Shown here in pieces: positions 21,024 to 21,868 of a stretch of 21,868 nt of DNA. A program made the position numbers and the translations under genes. This DNA is from a virus (taxonomy: Duplodnaviria; Heunggongvirae; Uroviricota; Caudoviricetes): IMG/VR virus record IMGVR_UViG_2700989545_000008. The stretch is one strand, 5' to 3'. A model generated the notes under the pieces. That model had not been told where the DNA came from. It saw only the letters and a program-made list of their open reading frames with translations, and ran no database searches. Positions within the stretch are counted from its first letter, which is position 1. Every line of letters starts with the position of its first letter.

Positions 21024-21145
21024 GGACAACATTTCGAGAACAGTTTTCATTAGCGGCCAGCAGGCGCTAGATACATCGAATTGATGTGCCGCGCGATAAA
21101 TGTACCTATTCTATCAAGATAAATTACACCGACGCGGCATTTGAA

Positions 21146-21718
21146 TTACAGCTCAGATTGAGTTTGGCGCTTCTCTACAGGATGATAACGATAAATCGTC
21201 GATACACCGATATCGTAAATAATTGCCAACTGTTTCCTGCTGTAGCCATTTTCGATCAACCTCGCTATTTGCTCATGTTGTTCTTTTGTCAACTTCGGGC
21301 GACGTCCGCCAATGCGTCCCTGTTCGCGTGCAGCTGCCAGTCCGGCCAGTGTTCTCTCAACAATTAATTCACGTTCCATTTCTGCTAAAGCACCCATGAC
21401 ATGAAAAAAGAAACGCCCCATGGGTGTTGATGTGTCAATACTGTCTGTCAGACTACGGAAATTAACACCTTTTTCCCGCAACTCCTCTATAAGCGTGATA
21501 AGGTGTTTCATACTTCTGCCAAGCCTATCCAGCTTCCAGACAACCAGCGTATCTCCTTCTGATAAGGTTCTGAGCAGCTTTTTCAAGCCTGGTCTGGCTG
21601 ACTTTGTTCCGCTTATTTTATCTTCAAAAATCAGTTCACATCCTGCGCAGTTCAGTGCATTTCTTTGTAAATCTGTGTTTTGGTCATTTGTTGACACACG
21701 AATGTAGCCAATTTGCAT
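21146..21718 (-). CDS. cin: Cin/Hin/Gin-family site-specific DNA invertase
   Basis: ATG (MQIGYIRVSTNDQNTDLQRNAL...) preceded by GAGG with a 9-nt spacer; the track's TTG start is 3 codons upstream. Serine-recombinase catalytic region and C-terminal helix-turn-helix; ~190 aa. Confidence 0.85.
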   Translation of the reverse strand: MQIGYIRVSTNDQNTDLQRNALNCAGCELIFEDKISGTKSARPGLKKLLRTLSEGDTLVVWKLDRLGRSMKHLITLIEELREKGVNFRSLTDSIDTSTPMGRFFFHVMGALAEMERELIVERTLAGLAAAREQGRIGGRRPKLTKEQHEQIARLIENGYSRKQLAIIYDIGVSTIYRYHPVEKRQTQSEL

Positions 21719-21772
21719 GAAAAACAACCTCTTTGTTTAGTTAAAAATACATCGTTGGTATAGGTAGGGATT

Positions 21773-21798
21773 AAGACTAAAACGTTGGTTTGGGGGAA
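21773..21798. other. cix-like crossover site for the invertase
   Basis: Reverse complement TTCCCCCAAACC-AA-CGTTTTAGTCTT has the 12-2-12 architecture and AAACC / GGTTT-type half-sites of hix/gix/cix sites; about 55 bp from the cin start. Confidence 0.55.
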
Positions 21799-21868
21799 GG
21801 CTCTGCACTGCCTGTTGGTGTGCCCGTTCCGTGGCCCTTAGAAACACCACCAACTGGCTGGCTAAAAT
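21781..21868 (+). CDS. Partial ORF entering the invertible segment (possible tail-fibre variable part, currently uncoupled)
   Basis: Frame opens just after a TAA inside the cix site and runs to the window end (NVGLGEGSALPVGVPVPWPLETPPTGWLK); the proline/glycine/tryptophan-rich stretch reminded me of tail-fibre variable regions. No start codon in view. Confidence 0.25.

Noticed and set aside
21089-21140. Inverted repeat GCCGCG ... CGCGGC just past the cin stop as a terminator.
   Set aside because: The loop would be about 35 nt and there is no U tract; unlikely to be an efficient intrinsic terminator.

Overview
The window reads as one contiguous block of a P1-family temperate phage or phage-plasmid (Enterobacteriaceae). 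All gene names below are assigned from my memory of P1 gene order and protein sizes plus motifs visible in the ORF translations; no database search was run. Layout, left to right: (1) a minus-strand operon of the giant antirestriction protein DarB (2255 aa, methyltransferase plus SF2 helicase motifs) followed by two small ORFs at the Ulx and Lxc/Bof positions, ending in a hairpin terminator; (2) divergent from darB, the portal (prt) and head protease (pro) genes, ending in a bidirectional terminator; (3) a minus-strand lysis unit with a SAR-type endolysin (lyz) and an overlapping small membrane ORF; (4) a plus-strand ssb gene preceded by a near-consensus P1 C1-operator 17-mer; (5) a cargo slot between ssb and the darA operon, which in P1 itself holds, as far as I recall, IS1 and its flanking isa genes. 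Here it carries a two-gene unit: a 225-aa protein whose C-terminal ~85 aa look like a DUF2829 (Tad2-like) domain, and a tightly coupled 260-aa protein with no motif I recognise, closed by a strong terminator. A convergent, extremely acidic 102-aa ORF abuts it. (6) The minus-strand darA operon: small membrane ORF, lydA holin, lydB, hdf, darA, ddrA, and a large ddrB-like ORF interrupted by a 130-nt N run and containing an HExxH motif; (7) a degenerate serine-invertase pseudogene, an intact Cin-type invertase gene, a cix-like crossover site and the first codons of an invertible tail-fibre segment. The most plausible candidate for something undescribed is the ssb-linked cargo pair (12052-13518) together with the acidic ORF (13548-13856), sitting among known antirestriction functions; their roles are inference only. 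Two N runs (11951-12031, 15520-15649) limit what can be said. Hand-mapped motif coordinates may be off by 1-2 nt: my line-based indexing disagreed with the ORF track by one base near 19560-19625.
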